Assembly (NCBI GenBank): GCA_965197475.1
Contig: CBDANF010000003.1
Span: 1,920,001-1,984,000, forward strand
DNA length: 64,000 nucleotides
Direction: 5' to 3'
Source: Candidatus Poribacteria bacterium
Lineage (GTDB): Bacteria; Poribacteria; WGA-4E; WGA-3G
The stretch's first letter is position 1; each line of letters starts with the position of its first letter. The notes under the pieces are model-generated. The model searched no databases and was not told the DNA's origin. It saw nothing but the letters and a program-made list of their open reading frames with translations. A program made the translations under genes and the position numbers. This document shows, in pieces, positions 20,119-30,260 of the stretch.

Positions 20119-21510
20119 CTAAAATACATCACGCATCGCGCGCCTGCGGTCATCGGCAAGTTCACGTTCTCTTTCTTCGTCAGACCTTTCGTCAAGCTGC
20201 TCAGCAGTGATTGGACGATATTGTGCAGCTTCACTTCTGCGTTTAAAGAGTCGGAAGTAGTCAAATCTCGTTAAAGTCGGTGGGATATTCCCGGGGCAGA
20301 GCGAGTGTAATCCGACTTGTACCCGAGGTCCCATCGCAACACGAGTGACCCCTACACCCTTCCAATGGATACCGTCCTGACTCGCATAAGCGGTGAACTG
20401 ATTGCCACGTCGTTCAAGACGTAGGAATAGTTCACGGACTCTCCGCATCCCGCCGCGTGCTACAAGACCAAACCGACGGTTGACATGCCGTTCAAAACGA
20501 ACATCCCCTCTAAAAGCATGCGGTCCCGATGTTTTCTCTAATCGGAGGAACTGGTTTTCATTTTTCCAAACAATTAAACCACCGTGTTCTCTAAGTTGCG
20601 GTGAGATACGCATGCGGGTTTCAATCGCGAAATCCTCAGAAACTTCCATAAGGAGCCGGGGAGCATCCATATCTCCACCGCTGCCGTTTGGTCCGTGCCA
20701 TAAGTCTTGTCCGGAGTCTGTTCGCATTTCAAGGTAGCCTTGGCGTTCAGTCCATGATCCACCGCCTTGCGGGTCTTCCCAACGCCATTCTGGACGCATA
20801 TCGTTCCCGATAAATTCATCATCAAACACCATTTCAGTGAATTCACCGGACGATGCCCACCCTTCAATTTTAATAGCAGAGATCGAGTCGCCGAAACTTT
20901 GCGGCAGCAGATGGAGGTTTGGCAACTCCTTTTTATATTCGGAAGGCTCCATACGGATATGCAACTTTTGCCCTTCAAAATCAGGGTGTTCATAGAAAAC
21001 AACCTCAGCACCATCTGGCGGGAAATTTGGACCTTTGAAGATACGGATAGACGAAATTCTATCTTCAAACCATGACCGTCCCTGCGGGTCTCGCAGGTTC
21101 GCTATATCTCGTAAGATCGTAATCTTTTTGCCTTTAAATTCAACATGCTCATAACAGTCAACAATCATCGGTATAGTGCCCCACTCTGGACCCACTACGT
21201 CAATGGTTGAACCGAAGTTGATAGAGGAAACCCTATCAGCAAAGTTGTAGGCTACATCATGTAAGTTAGGATAAAATCCAGGACCGAGAGCCAATTTCTT
21301 TCCCTTATAGTTAACATGCTGATAAAGGAGCACCTTATAATTTGGACTTCCTGAAAAATTTGGACCTTTGAAAACTCGAAGGGAAGATATATTGTCTTGA
21401 AATCCGATGCGCCCAGTATGTGGAACTGGTTCTAAGACATATCCCATCCGACCACGAAAATTTGTATGTTGAAAGACTTCAACGATAAGGCGGGGTATTA
21501 CAACTGGCAT
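20119..21510 (-). CDS. Two beta/gamma-crystallin domains fused to a DUF1349/ConA-like domain
   Basis: FQHTNFRG..DNISSLRV, YQHVNYKG..DRVSSI, YEHVEFKG..DRISSIRI, then DAPRLL...LRLERRGNQFTAYASQDG..W; RBS aggaga before ATG 21510. Confidence 0.85.
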   Translation of the reverse strand: MPVVIPRLIVEVFQHTNFRGRMGYVLEPVPHTGRIGFQDNISSLRVFKGPNFSGSPNYKVLLYQHVNYKGKKLALGPGFYPNLHDVAYNFADRVSSINFGSTIDVVGPEWGTIPMIVDCYEHVEFKGKKITILRDIANLRDPQGRSWFEDRISSIRIFKGPNFPPDGAEVVFYEHPDFEGQKLHIRMEPSEYKKELPNLHLLPQSFGDSISAIKIEGWASSGEFTEMVFDDEFIGNDMRPEWRWEDPQGGGSWTERQGYLEMRTDSGQDLWHGPNGSGGDMDAPRLLMEVSEDFAIETRMRISPQLREHGGLIVWKNENQFLRLEKTSGPHAFRGDVRFERHVNRRFGLVARGGMRRVRELFLRLERRGNQFTAYASQDGIHWKGVGVTRVAMGPRVQVGLHSLCPGNIPPTLTRFDYFRLFKRRSEAAQYRPITAEQLDERSDEERERELADDRRRAMRDVF

Positions 21511-21590
21511 TTTTTCTCCTATTTGTTGGTATGTTTTCAATTTACTTTTACTTACGTTTTTTACACTAATTGCACCTATTCTATCTGTTA

Positions 21591-21712
21591 TATCAAATTA
21601 ACCCGATTTGTAGTGCAAGGTCCCTACCGAATACCATACGCGTATTCGGCGTTGATTCGGTGCATCGCAATGCTGACTTTATCAGAAAACTTCTAATCAA
21701 GTTAATTTGGTA
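21591..21712. mobile_element. MITE-like element, TIR ta(c/t)caaattaac
   Basis: Inverted ends tatcaaattaac / gttaatttggta; the same ends bound 57097-57186. Confidence 0.6.
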
Positions 21713-21796
21713 TTAGTTAAACTTTTCGAAAACTAAAGTCGGGGGTACTGATAATCCATATTGAAATTTCATGTGAGTTTGTTAAAATCAACAATT

Positions 21797-22894
21797 TTAC
21801 ACATTGGCAAGAGTCGCTTCATATATTTGTGCATATCCACTTCTATCCGAAGTAAACACAATATATTTACCATAAGGACTAAAAGAGGGATGCGGATGTG
21901 TATGTTGTGGTGTATATACTTGCACCGGCCCGTTTGCATAAGGAAAAGGTCCGTTCCAGTGTTCACCGATGGACGCAGCACCCGGATAACAAAGTGTTTT
22001 CGGTTTACCAAATCCATCACGTGGGTCAAACGTTAGGATACCAATATCGGGAAAATTCGTATCTGCTACCATCAAAGTTCCATCTTTGTTGCAAATCGCA
22101 TGCCAAGTGTTAAATGTCGTTAGCTGTCGTTCCGCTTCGGTGTCAACGTTAATGCCCCTTACACCGTTAGGCCAATCAACAAAAGCAAGTTCTCGTGTTC
22201 CTGGAATCCAAGTTTCGTGCGTGATCCACTCGTTTTTTTCGACATTACGTGCATAAAGTCTACGATTTCCAGTACCATCCCTGTGAATAACCCAAACGCG
22301 GTCGGTTAAAGGACCAGCATAATAGAGCAGATTAGAATCATCGGGGCAGAATTGGAGGTGTCCGATACTATCTCTGCGGAATATAATCTCGTGATCGCCA
22401 GTGTCTGTATTGACAATAGCGAGTGCAGACTCTGTGCCAACATTGAAGCGCACTGCCCACCATTTATCATCGTGACTGAGAGCGGTTGTTCCCATTGCTG
22501 CCCCGACCATTCCCTTCTCACGCATCTCAGTTGCAGCGAAGTTAACCAGTTCGTGTTCTTCTAATGTTTCCAAATCAAGTCGCCACCCACCAGTGCCAGC
22601 AGTAAAAAACACCGACTTACTATTGTGTGAGGGATGTGCAGACCATTCACTGATGTCAGACCTGTCGGTCAGTTGACGTAGTTCACCTGTGCTGCGTTCT
22701 TCAGCAAAAATTTGTGGTGCGCCGCTCCGATGCGATACAAAGATCAGTCGCTGCATTGCGTCATCATACGCGGGAATAATAAAGAACGGATGATGGTGTT
22801 GTGCAGAAGCCATCGTCACTTGCCGAATGCGTGTGCCAGTACGTCTATCGTAAAACGTCCGAGATTCGGCTGAGTAAACAGAGCCTTTCGCCAT
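21797..22894 (-). CDS. Oligogalacturonate lyase family protein (beta-propeller)
   Basis: DRRTGTRIRQVT, GHLQFCP, THETW, HTHPHPSFSP..KYIVFTSDRSG. Confidence 0.85.
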   Translation of the reverse strand: MAKGSVYSAESRTFYDRRTGTRIRQVTMASAQHHHPFFIIPAYDDAMQRLIFVSHRSGAPQIFAEERSTGELRQLTDRSDISEWSAHPSHNSKSVFFTAGTGGWRLDLETLEEHELVNFAATEMREKGMVGAAMGTTALSHDDKWWAVRFNVGTESALAIVNTDTGDHEIIFRRDSIGHLQFCPDDSNLLYYAGPLTDRVWVIHRDGTGNRRLYARNVEKNEWITHETWIPGTRELAFVDWPNGVRGINVDTEAERQLTTFNTWHAICNKDGTLMVADTNFPDIGILTFDPRDGFGKPKTLCYPGAASIGEHWNGPFPYANGPVQVYTPQHTHPHPSFSPYGKYIVFTSDRSGYAQIYEATLANV

Positions 22895-22957
22895 CTACAG
22901 TCCTTTGCGAAGCGTATATGATATGGGCAGATATTTCATATCCGCCCAATACAATTA

Positions 22958-23956
22958 CTATTCTTCAAAAGCAGCGTCAAAAGCTACAGCAGAGGGTTCA
23001 AAATCATAACCCTTCACTGCACCGCACGCCTCGCGCGCACCATGTTCTCTATCCATACCACTGTCTTCCCATTCAATGGAAAGCGGCCCATTGTAGCCGA
23101 TATTGTTAAGCGCACGGACGATCTCTTCAAAATCGATATTCCCGCGTCCGATAGAACGGAAATCCCAGAAACGTTTTGAATCGCCGAAATTCAGATGTCC
23201 GCCAAACACACCAGACAACCGTGGTGTGTCTGCCCACCAGACATCCTTCATGTGAACGTGATAAATGCGATCACTTAAACGTTCAATGAATGCCACATAA
23301 TCAACGCCTTGATATCCGAGGTGACTTGGATCATAGTTGAAACCAAACGTTTCTCTACCATCAAGTGCCTCTATAGCTCGTTCAGCGGTGACAATGTCGA
23401 AAGCGATTTCAGTGGGGTGGACTTCAAGACCGAACTTAACACCGACTTCATCAAAGACATCAAAAATAGGGTTCCAACGGTCGGCAAAATCCTTGAATCC
23501 AGCATCAATTTGCGCCGAGTCAACCGGTGGAAAAGAGTAGAGCAGGTGCCAGATAGAACTTCCAGTAAAACCGTTTACGACATTGACACCGAGTTTCGCT
23601 GCGGCACGTGCCGTATTTTTCATCTCTTCTGCAGCACGTTCCTGAACACCTGACAGATCGCCATCATCCCAGACATCTTCTGATAGAATACCTTGGTGAC
23701 GACTGTCTATATTGTCACAAACTGCTTGCCCGACAAGGTGATTGCTTATCGACCAGACTTTCAATCCATATTTTGCGAGTAGGTCATGTCTACCTTGACA
23801 ATAGCCATCGTCTGAGAGTGCTTTGTCTACTTCAAAATGGTCGCCCCAGCAAGCGAGTTCTAAACCGTCATATCCCCACCCGCTGGCTTTCTGTGCTAAA
23901 TCTTCGAGTGTTAAATCTGCCCATTGTCCTGTAAACAGTGTCACAGGTCTTGCCAT
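22958..23956 (-). CDS. Sugar phosphate isomerase/epimerase (xylose-isomerase-like TIM barrel)
   Basis: [35 protein letters not shown]. Confidence 0.92.
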   Translation of the reverse strand: MARPVTLFTGQWADLTLEDLAQKASGWGYDGLELACWGDHFEVDKALSDDGYCQGRHDLLAKYGLKVWSISNHLVGQAVCDNIDSRHQGILSEDVWDDGDLSGVQERAAEEMKNTARAAAKLGVNVVNGFTGSSIWHLLYSFPPVDSAQIDAGFKDFADRWNPIFDVFDEVGVKFGLEVHPTEIAFDIVTAERAIEALDGRETFGFNYDPSHLGYQGVDYVAFIERLSDRIYHVHMKDVWWADTPRLSGVFGGHLNFGDSKRFWDFRSIGRGNIDFEEIVRALNNIGYNGPLSIEWEDSGMDREHGAREACGAVKGYDFEPSAVAFDAAFEE

Positions 23957-24064
23957 ATCAAATCTCCTTTATTTTGTGCGGGATTGTAACCCCGATTTGC
24001 CTATCTCATTCTTGTAGGAGGGGTTTTCAACCCCGATAGATAGCCTTAGTTAAGTATCTTCTCC

Positions 24065-25249
24065 TTACGTTGGCGGTGTATAACTTGCATCAACCCAAGC
24101 GCGCTGATTTCCACTTTCTACTGCAGTATTGATGAAGTGGACACCGCGTGCCCCATCCTGCACAGTTGGAAAATCAGTGTCAAAGTTATCCGGTGACTCA
24201 CCAGCAATTTTAGCAGCCATCGTGCGGGAAGCGTTGACATAGATATTCGCGAATGCTTCAATGAATGCCTCAGGATGCCCAAACGGAATTCGGGAATTAT
24301 GTTGTGCAATCTCTGTGAGGTAGTCGTTCCCACGTTTGTAGACCTGTTCCGGTCCATCTGGGAAACGGACATAGAGGTAATTCGGGTTTTCCTGATGCCA
24401 TTCTAATGATGCTTCTGTTCCGTAAACACGAATACGTAGATTATTTTCTTCACCTACAGAGATTTGTGATGCATAGAGTACACCGCGGACACCTTTTTCA
24501 TAATGGACCAAGATATTTCCATCGTCTTCTAACAAGCGTCCTTGGACAAAGGTGGTCATGTCTGCACAGATCTCTTCCATTTCAAGACCAGTGATATAAT
24601 GCGCCAGATTTTCAGCATGAGAACCGATGTCTCCGATACACGATGAAGCCCCTGCTTGTTTAGGGTCTGTCCGCCAGACAGCTTGCTTTGCACCTTCGTT
24701 TTCAAGAAACGTGGAAAGCCACCCTTGTGGATATTCAACGACTATTTTGCGAATTGTTCCGAGTTTTCCCTCTTTAACAAGTTCGCGCGCTTGCTTGACC
24801 ATCGGGTAGCCTGTATAATTGTGGGTCAACGCGAAGATTATATCATGCGACTTAACGAGATGACAGAGGGTTTCGGCATCTTCAATTGTTATTGTCATCG
24901 GTTTATCACAGACAACGTGGAATCCTACTTCTATGAAGGTTTTCGCGACATCAAAATGAACATGATTGGGGGTGACAATTGAGACAAAGTCAATGCGTTC
25001 ACCTTCGGGGAGCTGCCTCTCTTTTTCTGCCATCTCTTTATACGAGCCATAAACCCGATTTTCATCAAGAAAGAGTTCTGCACCCTGCTGTTTCGATTTC
25101 TCAGGCGAGGATGAAAATGCGCCAGCGACCAAATCAATTTCACCATCAAGTGCAGCAGCTTTCCGATGCACTGCCCCGATGAAGGCATCCGGTCCACCGC
25201 CTACCATTCCGTAATGTATTTTCCTACCAAGTGGCATAGTGCGTTCCAT
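24065..25249 (-). CDS. Gfo/Idh/MocA family oxidoreductase
   Basis: GMVGGGPDAFIGAVHR, VTPNHVH, CDKP, GDIGSH. Confidence 0.92.
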   Translation of the reverse strand: MERTMPLGRKIHYGMVGGGPDAFIGAVHRKAAALDGEIDLVAGAFSSSPEKSKQQGAELFLDENRVYGSYKEMAEKERQLPEGERIDFVSIVTPNHVHFDVAKTFIEVGFHVVCDKPMTITIEDAETLCHLVKSHDIIFALTHNYTGYPMVKQARELVKEGKLGTIRKIVVEYPQGWLSTFLENEGAKQAVWRTDPKQAGASSCIGDIGSHAENLAHYITGLEMEEICADMTTFVQGRLLEDDGNILVHYEKGVRGVLYASQISVGEENNLRIRVYGTEASLEWHQENPNYLYVRFPDGPEQVYKRGNDYLTEIAQHNSRIPFGHPEAFIEAFANIYVNASRTMAAKIAGESPDNFDTDFPTVQDGARGVHFINTAVESGNQRAWVDASYTPPT

Positions 25250-25468
25250 TCCTTATTCGGTGTGTGATGACATTTGTGTGCTACTACCAGACATATATCA
25301 ACACACGTGATAAAATAATTTCATTGTTTTTAAATTATCTCATGTTTTCTGGTTTTTTTCAAGGTAATTTTGTAGTGCTTACCTCATAATCCAGTTGTTA
25401 GTTGTCTGAACCAGGATTTCCAGGATTATCGGATTTCCAAGATTGTTGAACATTATCACACGTACTTA

Positions 25469-25822
25469 TAGGGTTTTTTAGTTTTCCGAATATTGTAGGA
25501 GCGATCTCCGAATCGCGACCTTCAACCTCCGAATACGCTTTGTCGGGAATCGGAGTTCCCTCCTACAGGAAACTACATCTGTTGTAGGTGCGTCGGGAAT
25601 CGGAGTTCCCTCTTACCGCGATAGGTCGGGAATTGGGCTTCCCTCCTACTTTTGACAAACACGGATAAAAACCGAAAACTAAATAGCCCTGCACGTACTT
25701 ACAGGACTATTTAGTTTTAGACTTTTGTCCGATTTATCCGAAAAGTCGCGATTCGGAGATCGCTCGGACAGCGGAAAGTCTTAAATTGAAAATCTAAATA
25801 TCCGGAGAACTAAACAGCCCTG
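25469..25822. mobile_element. Two tandem MITEs (25469-25691 and 25702-25822) with TIR of the cagggctatttagtt type, carrying REPs
   Basis: Ends tagggttttttagtttt/aaaactaaatagccctg and caggactatttagtt/aactaaacagccctg; flanking direct repeats cacgtactta (25459, 25692) and acgcactta (25823). Confidence 0.75.
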
Positions 25823-25840
25823 ACGCACTTATTAAAATAC

Positions 25841-25870
25841 TTGACGAATTCCAAATATATATGATATACT
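25841..25870 (+). promoter_or_regulatory. Sigma70-type promoter upstream of the LamG / selenoprotein region
   Basis: TTGACG-18 bp-TATACT with TGn extension. Confidence 0.6.
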
Positions 25871-25953
25871 TATTTTGTTAATCTGAAAATGTTTGTAGTG
25901 AAACAGTATCATGAGAAAGTTTTTACAGAAACGAATTCGACTTAGAAGGTAAA

Positions 25954-26755
25954 ATGAAGTATTTTATAACAATGGGTATTATGGTGCTTGTTGCTGTCTG
26001 TTTGCTGATCGTTCCAACCCATGCCGCTATAAATCCCGACAATATCATGGGAATGTGGCTCTTTAATGAGGAGAACGGCGACACGGCAAAAGATTCGTCA
26101 AACAACAAGAATGATGGTAAAATCAACGGTGGTGCCAAGTGGGTTGATGGTAAGTTTGGGAAGGCACTTGAATTTGATGGAACAGACGATTGGGTTGAAG
26201 TTCCGCATTCAGACAGTCTTGGGTTTTCAAAAGGGACTTCTTTTTCTATCACGCTCCACTATAAAGGCACAAAAATAGGTGGTTCTCTCGTAGGCAAAAA
26301 CTATGAAGACACAACGCAGGCAAAACCTTGGTATCTTCTTTGGAACGGAGGAGTGGGTAATACAATATCCATCTATCTGCGTACTAATAATGACCAGAAT
26401 TCAAGAATTGATGGAACGTTGAATGTATCAGATGATAATTGGCATTTTATTGCTGCAATAGCAGATACGGATACAGAGAAGATTTCATTGTAGATTGATG
26501 GAGAAAAGAATGTTGAGGGTAACATGAATACCACCGATGGTTACGGAACTAGTGAAGGTGTGTTTCATATTTGGACATCATTCTGACAGGTATACCGCTG
26601 GCATCATTGACGATGTCACACTCTTCAATATCGCCTTAAGTGAAGACGAGATGGAAACTATCATGAACAATGGTGTTGAAGAAGTTGCGGTTGTTGACGC
26701 TATTGGCAAACTTACAACGACATGGGCTACAATTAAACATCGTGTATCTCAATAG
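25954..26755 (+). pseudogene. LamG-like domain protein with an in-frame TAG and a +1 frameshift
   Basis: ISL*IDG (TAG 26491-26493 where Y is expected); frameshift near 26572 (FHI/GHHSDRY); tail KLTTTWATIK. Confidence 0.8.
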
Positions 26756-26858
26756 AATTCATAAATAAATGTGGATACTGACACGAACATAAGTTTGTTC
26801 GTGCCAGTATTCTCAATAATATTATGAAGCAAACCACAAGTTAAAGGAACATATAATC

Positions 26859-27953
26859 ATGAAACAGATATTGACACTCCTTGCATTGGCGTTTTTGCTA
26901 TTTGCTGGATTAAGTTGTCAGGAAACCACAGAAGACCCAGATCCAATAGTTGACACATTAACGGGCAGCCTCCAAGGGGAGGTGCAATCAATTGAAGGCG
27001 TATCAATTCAGGTGCGCTTGTTAAAAGACGGACAACTCGTCGCGCAAACCGAAGCAGATGGAAGTTATGAGTTTGTTGAGTTTGAAGAAGGTGATTACAC
27101 GATTCAAATATCAGCAAAAGGCTATGAAATGACAGAAATGAACGTGACTGTCGTGGCGGGGGAAACTGTTTCATTGGACAAAGTGACACTGGAGGCGTTG
27201 GCGGAACCAGTATCACACCTGCGCGGCATTTTAACAGATATGAAAACAGGAAATCCACTGTCCGATGTGCTTGTGCGACTTACCGATAAAGCGGGTGAAG
27301 CGAACGAAGCGTTAACGACTAAAGAAGGTGTTTTCACCTTTGAGAATCTTCCAGTAGATCAAGCATTTACCTTGACGATCATGCATGCAGGTTATGAAGA
27401 TCACGAAGTTGCCGTGCAACCGATTCCCGCTGGTGAGACCTTTGAACAAAATATAGAACTCACCACAGGACCTGAACCGGTGGAACTGGATCCTGGTGAA
27501 GGGCTAAGCACCGGCAGCCAGGCACCAGCTTTTGAGTTGCCTGACGGTAAAGATAAGAAACATGCACTTGCAGATTATATTGGTAGCAAAAAGGTAGTAA
27601 TCGTGTTTTACCGGGGCAGGTTCTGACCGTATTGCCGCGAGCAACTCGGTGAGTTGCAAAAAAAATACGATAAAATTCAAGCTGAAGGCGCAGAACTTAT
27701 CGCTATCAGTTCTGATAGCGTAAAAGAAACGAAAAAGACGACTGATGATGGAAATCTCAAGTATCTGGTACTAGCTGATAATGACATAGAAACGATTAAC
27801 GCTTACAATGTTGTTGATCCAGCGAACAAGAGAATAGCACGAGCATCAAGTTTTGTCATAGATCTGGATGGGAAAATCACGTGGGTATCACTTGACGAAT
27901 GGGATCAGCGCGTACCAACTGCCGAAATTATATCAGAATTAGGTAAGTTCTAA
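26859..27953 (+). CDS. Selenoprotein 1: lipoprotein, two carboxypeptidase-regulatory-like beta-sandwich domains plus a peroxiredoxin-like (AhpC/TSA) domain, UxxC (364 aa, U256)
   Basis: ORFs 26859..27626 and 27654..27953 are in one frame across TGA 27624-27626: VFYRGRF-U-PYC-REQLGELQ; lipobox GLSC (C20). Confidence 0.9.
27641..27657 (+). promoter_or_regulatory. Putative SECIS hairpin 1
   Basis: GCAACTC-GGT-GAGTTGC, 14 nt after TGA; possible lower stem cgtatt/aatacg (27628 / 27664). Confidence 0.82.
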
Positions 27954-28142
27954 TGAATTTTACGATACGGCAACAACAAACACCCGTGCCGACAACGGTA
28001 GAAATAGCGTGGTAAGCAAGTACGTTTACGATGCTAATTCCTGAGTCGGCTCGGACTATTGAAGAGAGTAATACGCTTAGGGGTTGAGGGACGCGTATAA
28101 CCTGAAACACTACAAAACAGATTTTAAATAGGAGTTTTAACT

Positions 28143-29258
28143 ATGGAACGCGTATTGACACCCCTTGGATTAGGACTTTTACTTTTGGTTGCATTGGGTT
28201 GTGGGACGGCGGATAATCCCGTCAGTAAGATTACAGAAATTGAGACTACAACAGGCGCACTACGAGGAAAGGTACAACCAATTGATGGCGTATCATTTCA
28301 GTTCCGCTTATTAAAAGACGGACAACTTGTGGCGCAAACAGAAGGAGATGACGACTTCGTACTAAGAAAGATTGAAGCAGGGGATTACACACTCCGTATC
28401 TCAGCTCAAGGCTACCAAAAAACGGAACTCAACGTGACTGTTATAGTGGGGGAAACTGTTTCATTAGATGAAGTGGTACTTGTGGAATTAGCAGAGCCTG
28501 TCTCGCAACTACATGGGCTTTTAAGGAACGCGAGAACAGGAATACGGCTTCGTAAGGTACTTATCACACTTAGCGATGAGGCGGGAAAAGAATATGAGAC
28601 GTTGACGACAAATGAAGGTGTTTTCACTTTTGAGAATTTGCCCACTTTACAGACATTTATCTTAACAGTCAAGTACGCCGATTACAAACAATACGAACTC
28701 ACGGTGGAACCCATACCTGCCAACGAGACGGTTAAATTGTATATCAAACTTACACCATTGGTGAAAGCAAGGGAATTGGAACCCCTGGAGCCCGGCGAAG
28801 GCTTAAGGATCCATAGCGATGCACCAGAATTTGAATTACCTGATGGCAACGGTGTGTTGCACACACTCGCGGACTATCTTGAAGATGGCAAAAAAGTGGT
28901 ACTTGTCTTTTATTGGGGCAGTGGGTGAGCTGCTTGTCTAACGCAACTCGGTGAGTTGCAAAAGAATTATGACAAAATTCAAGAGGCAGACGCTGAAGTA
29001 ATCGCTATTAGTGTTGATACTATAGCGGAAACAAAACAGACAGTTGAAAATGAAGGTCTTGAGTTCCCGGTACTCTCTGATCAGGAAATGGAAGCAATTT
29101 CCGCTTACAATGTAGTAAATCAAGAAAACCGCAACGTTGCACGACCAGCTACTTTTATTATTGAGTCAGATAGAACAATTGCATGGGTATCTCTTGATAC
29201 TGTGAATGAGCGGGTACCAATAGCAAAAATTCTTATGGAATTAGGTAAACTTTGGTGA
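28143..29258 (+). CDS. Selenoprotein 2: paralogous lipoprotein, beta-sandwich domains plus peroxiredoxin-like domain, UxxC (371 aa, U262)
   Basis: In-frame TGA 28926-28928: VFYWGSG-U-AAC-LTQLGELQ; lipobox ALGC (C20). Confidence 0.88.
28943..28959 (+). promoter_or_regulatory. Putative SECIS hairpin 2
   Basis: GCAACTC-GGT-GAGTTGC, 14 nt after TGA. Confidence 0.82.
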
Positions 29259-29268
29259 AATCTTTTAA

Positions 29269-29655
29269 AACGTGAGTTCGACAAATGCCGTAGGTTGGGT
29301 AGAACAACGTGAAACCCAAAAGGTTGAATTGTTGGGTTTCGCTGTGCTCTACCCATAGGTGTCAATTTAGTGTGCTATATGCAAAAAAGATGCTGATTTG
29401 TGATGAAAGCAGCCCCAGCGGGGCAGCATGCGCGCATGGCATGCTGCATGAGGTGTCTGACAACACGTACACATACACACCTTTCGCCCCGCTGGGGCTT
29501 GAGTTTGGTAGGGGTCGCGTGTCTGGACACCTTTCGCCCCGCTGGGGCTTAGATATCTGAAATATAGGTTTATTTCCTTAAATTGACACCTATGGGTTTC
29601 GCTGTGCTCTACCCAACGGACATCTACATTTGGAACTTATTATTGAACTCACGTT
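29269..29655. mobile_element. REP-carrying MITE (TIR aacgtgagttc) with a second element nested at 29356-29592
   Basis: Outer element is the reverse complement of 56851-56990; inner TIR taggtgtcaattta/taaattgacaccta flanked by a 23-bp direct repeat tgggtttcgctgtgctctaccca. Confidence 0.8.
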
Positions 29656-29693
29656 TTTAAAAACTAATACATACATAAAGGGGTTGTTAATAC

Positions 29694-30260
29694 ATGAAAC
29701 AGACGCAGATATTCTTTGCGTTGGCACTTTTTCTGTTGGGTGCTTTGAGTTGTGGAACAACAGATAATCTTATCAATCAACCGGAAAAGTTGGAGCCGGG
29801 TGAAGGATTGAATATTGGTAGTCAAGCACCAGATTTTGAGTTGCCAGATGGAAACGGTGCGTTACATGCTCTTGCGGATTATATTGGAAACGACAAAAAG
29901 GTGGTAATCGTCTTTTACCGAGGCGGTTGGTGAGGGTCGTGTCTAACGCAACTCGGCGAGTTGCAACAGAACTACGGAAAGATTCAAGCTGCAAACGCAA
30001 AACTTATTGCTATCAGTTCCGATGATGTAAACGCGACACAAACGACGGTTGAAAATAAAGGACTCATATATCCTGTGCTTGCAGATAGCAACAAAGACGT
30101 GATTAACGCCTACAACGTCCTTGATCAAAGCGACACAACTATAGCAAGACCTGCATCTTATATTATTTCGCCGGATGGAACGGTTGCCTGGAAATCGATT
30201 GATACTGCGGCTGTACGGGTGCCAACAGCTACAATCCTCACAGAATTAGGTAAACTCTAA
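29694..30260 (+). CDS. Selenoprotein 3: short lipoprotein with the peroxiredoxin-like domain only, UxxC (188 aa, U80)
   Basis: In-frame TGA 29931-29933: VFYRGGW-U-GSC-LTQLGELQ; lipobox ALSC (C20). Confidence 0.9.
29948..29964 (+). promoter_or_regulatory. Putative SECIS hairpin 3
   Basis: GCAACTC-GGC-GAGTTGC, 14 nt after TGA. Confidence 0.82.

Noticed and set aside
26491-26493. In-frame TAG in the LamG gene as pyrrolysine or stop read-through
   Set aside because: It replaces an expected Tyr (one base from TAT/TAC) and the gene also has a frameshift near 26572; pseudogene or sequencing error is simpler
26859-30260. Genome-wide TGA reassignment (Trp/Gly code) as the explanation for the split genes
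   Set aside because: TGA is an ordinary stop elsewhere (for example 4430, 29258, 42348), long conserved genes have no internal TGA, and the three TGAs align with a catalytic Cys
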